In this document: positions 40,739 to 42,112 of the stretch, piece after piece
Layout: the number at the start of each line of letters is the position of its first letter
Numbering within the stretch: the stretch's first letter is position 1
Origin: Pseudovirgaria hyperparasitica
Taxonomy: Eukaryota
Assembly: GCA_010093815.1 (NCBI GenBank)
Contig: ML996598.1
DNA length: 42,112 nucleotides
Strand: one strand, 5' to 3'
Translations under genes and position numbers: made by a program
Notes under the pieces: model-generated
Database searches by the model: none
What the model was told of the DNA's origin: nothing
The model's input: only the letters and a program-made list of their open reading frames with translations

Positions 40739-42112
40739 TGTTAGGGCTAATACTAGAATGGACTTAACTAGAATACTATAGTCTAGTACGGTCCGTAATA
40801 GGTGGACCCAGGGTAAGTTAGCTAGAATAAGCGAGACCACTATATAAGTAGGCCGCATACACTTGATTTCTACTCTTTAGGAATTAACCTTATTAGAAGA
40901 GTAGACTACCCTTTTAAATATATTCCCGAATCCTCCTATGACCTATTAGACTACTATCCTACGTCTATAATCCTTACATTTTAATTCCTCTTTATATAGC
41001 ACGACGGTAGTTTATAGAAATGGCTCTAACCACTCGTTATAACACTCGTGGTACCGCCTCTTATAGTAGACCTTCTCCTAACCTAAACGAGGAGAATAGT
41101 CTACCTATAACTACCCCCACCAATAACTATACCTTATAGACTATCGCACTAATAACTCGCACGACATTCCGTGTAACTATAGAAGATATTATAGAATATA
41201 AGAATAGAGTCTATTATACTCTATCTCGGTCTAGTTCGAACTATACTAGATCTAACCTTAACACGAGGCTAGACCTTATTAATATTAACGAGTTAATCCG
41301 TTAGAATCGCCTAACATTAACTACACCTTATGACGACGTATATACTAGACTATACGAAGAGAGGCAACGATAGGTTTAACTTAAGTAATAACTACACGAA
41401 CTCGACGAAGCTTGAGGACGCACTACGAGACTTAAAGCTATATTACACACTTTAGTTCTAGTAACGACTAATCTATATTTATATAGACCCATACTAACTA
41501 AAACGATCTATCCTAGTCTACTACTATCCCAATTACCCTAACCTAAGAAACCATCTTACTTCGATAGTAAAAGTAGAAAGAGTTTCCACACATAGGCTTA
41601 CTAATATAGCCGATTCTTCCATCTATTCACGAACGATAGCGATAAAATTAGATTCGCCTAGAACTACCTCGACCTAACGCCTTTAGAACGTTAGATGGTA
41701 TACTAAATCGAATATCCTAAGGATACCTATAACTAGGACACGTTCACTAAATTTCTTCTCTAATATTTTAGCGATAGGGCTAAACGACGTAACTAGGCCT
41801 AGGGCTATATCTTCGAGACTCGATAATAAGATAATTAGTTACTATTATAACTCCTTAAATACCTTCGGCCCCTCTAGAGAGAAGCCGAAGAAGATCGTAT
41901 AATTTAATAGTATAATAACTTTAAACGGTCCCTCGCCCTAAATATAAAGGACCGTCTTAACCTTATAACGATAATCTCTATAGACCTCTAAGCTCTTATA
42001 AACCTCGCGGAGCGATACTAGCGTATAATAAATAATTAACGCCGCGCTAGTATATAACTATCCCTAACGATCTAATCTAACGTAAAATCGTCTAACTAAA
42101 ACCGATTTAGTA
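40739..42112 (+). mobile_element. Gypsy copy C (same subfamily as B) nested in copy B; LTR 40739-40978, gag from 41020, runs off the window
   Basis: TG...CA 240-bp LTR followed by the priming site and gag; no PPT upstream. Confidence 0.92.

Noticed and set aside
40739..40978. 3' LTR of copy B
   Set aside because: No PPT, part of the 3' region is missing, and it is followed by a priming site and gag rather than a GTAAT duplication.
1..42112. Alternative genetic code reading TAA/TAG as sense
   Set aside because: Stops replace both Gln and Trp codons, differ between copies and accompany many missense C>T/G>A changes, as expected from RIP.

Overview
This is a gene-free, very AT-rich block of fungal (Pezizomycotina-type) repeat DNA degraded by repeat-induced point mutation (RIP). 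CpA/TpG are mostly converted to TpA while CpG survives, so nearly all ORFs are riddled with TAA/TAG; proteins were read by eye by reverting C>T/G>A changes. It is a nest of mobile elements. (1) A Ty1/copia element (1-2523, resuming 10583-10772) is interrupted by (2) a complete chromodomain Ty3/gypsy element (2524-10577; 238-bp LTRs, AAATG target duplication) and then by (3) a minus-strand Helitron. The Helitron's hairpin+CTAG 3' end lies at 10773-10796, its Rep-PIF1 gene at ~13184-16520, and it carries a convergent intron-containing cargo gene. After a 185-N gap comes (4) a ~17-kb RIPed multi-gene block: a Plavaka-type transposase, a Upf1-like SF1 helicase with three CCHC knuckles, and several unknown ORFs. 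The copia does not resume, so this block may be cargo of a giant Helitron or a separate large transposon. (5) A 605-bp self-priming TRIM sits in the Plavaka gene. (6) A second gypsy subfamily copy starts at 33943 and (7) a third copy is nested in it at 40739. The gypsy elements have Tf1-type self-priming sites, an A-AAA-AAC frameshift and an apparently spliced antisense gene 3' of pol. Boundaries of degraded ORFs are approximate; no intact host gene was found.
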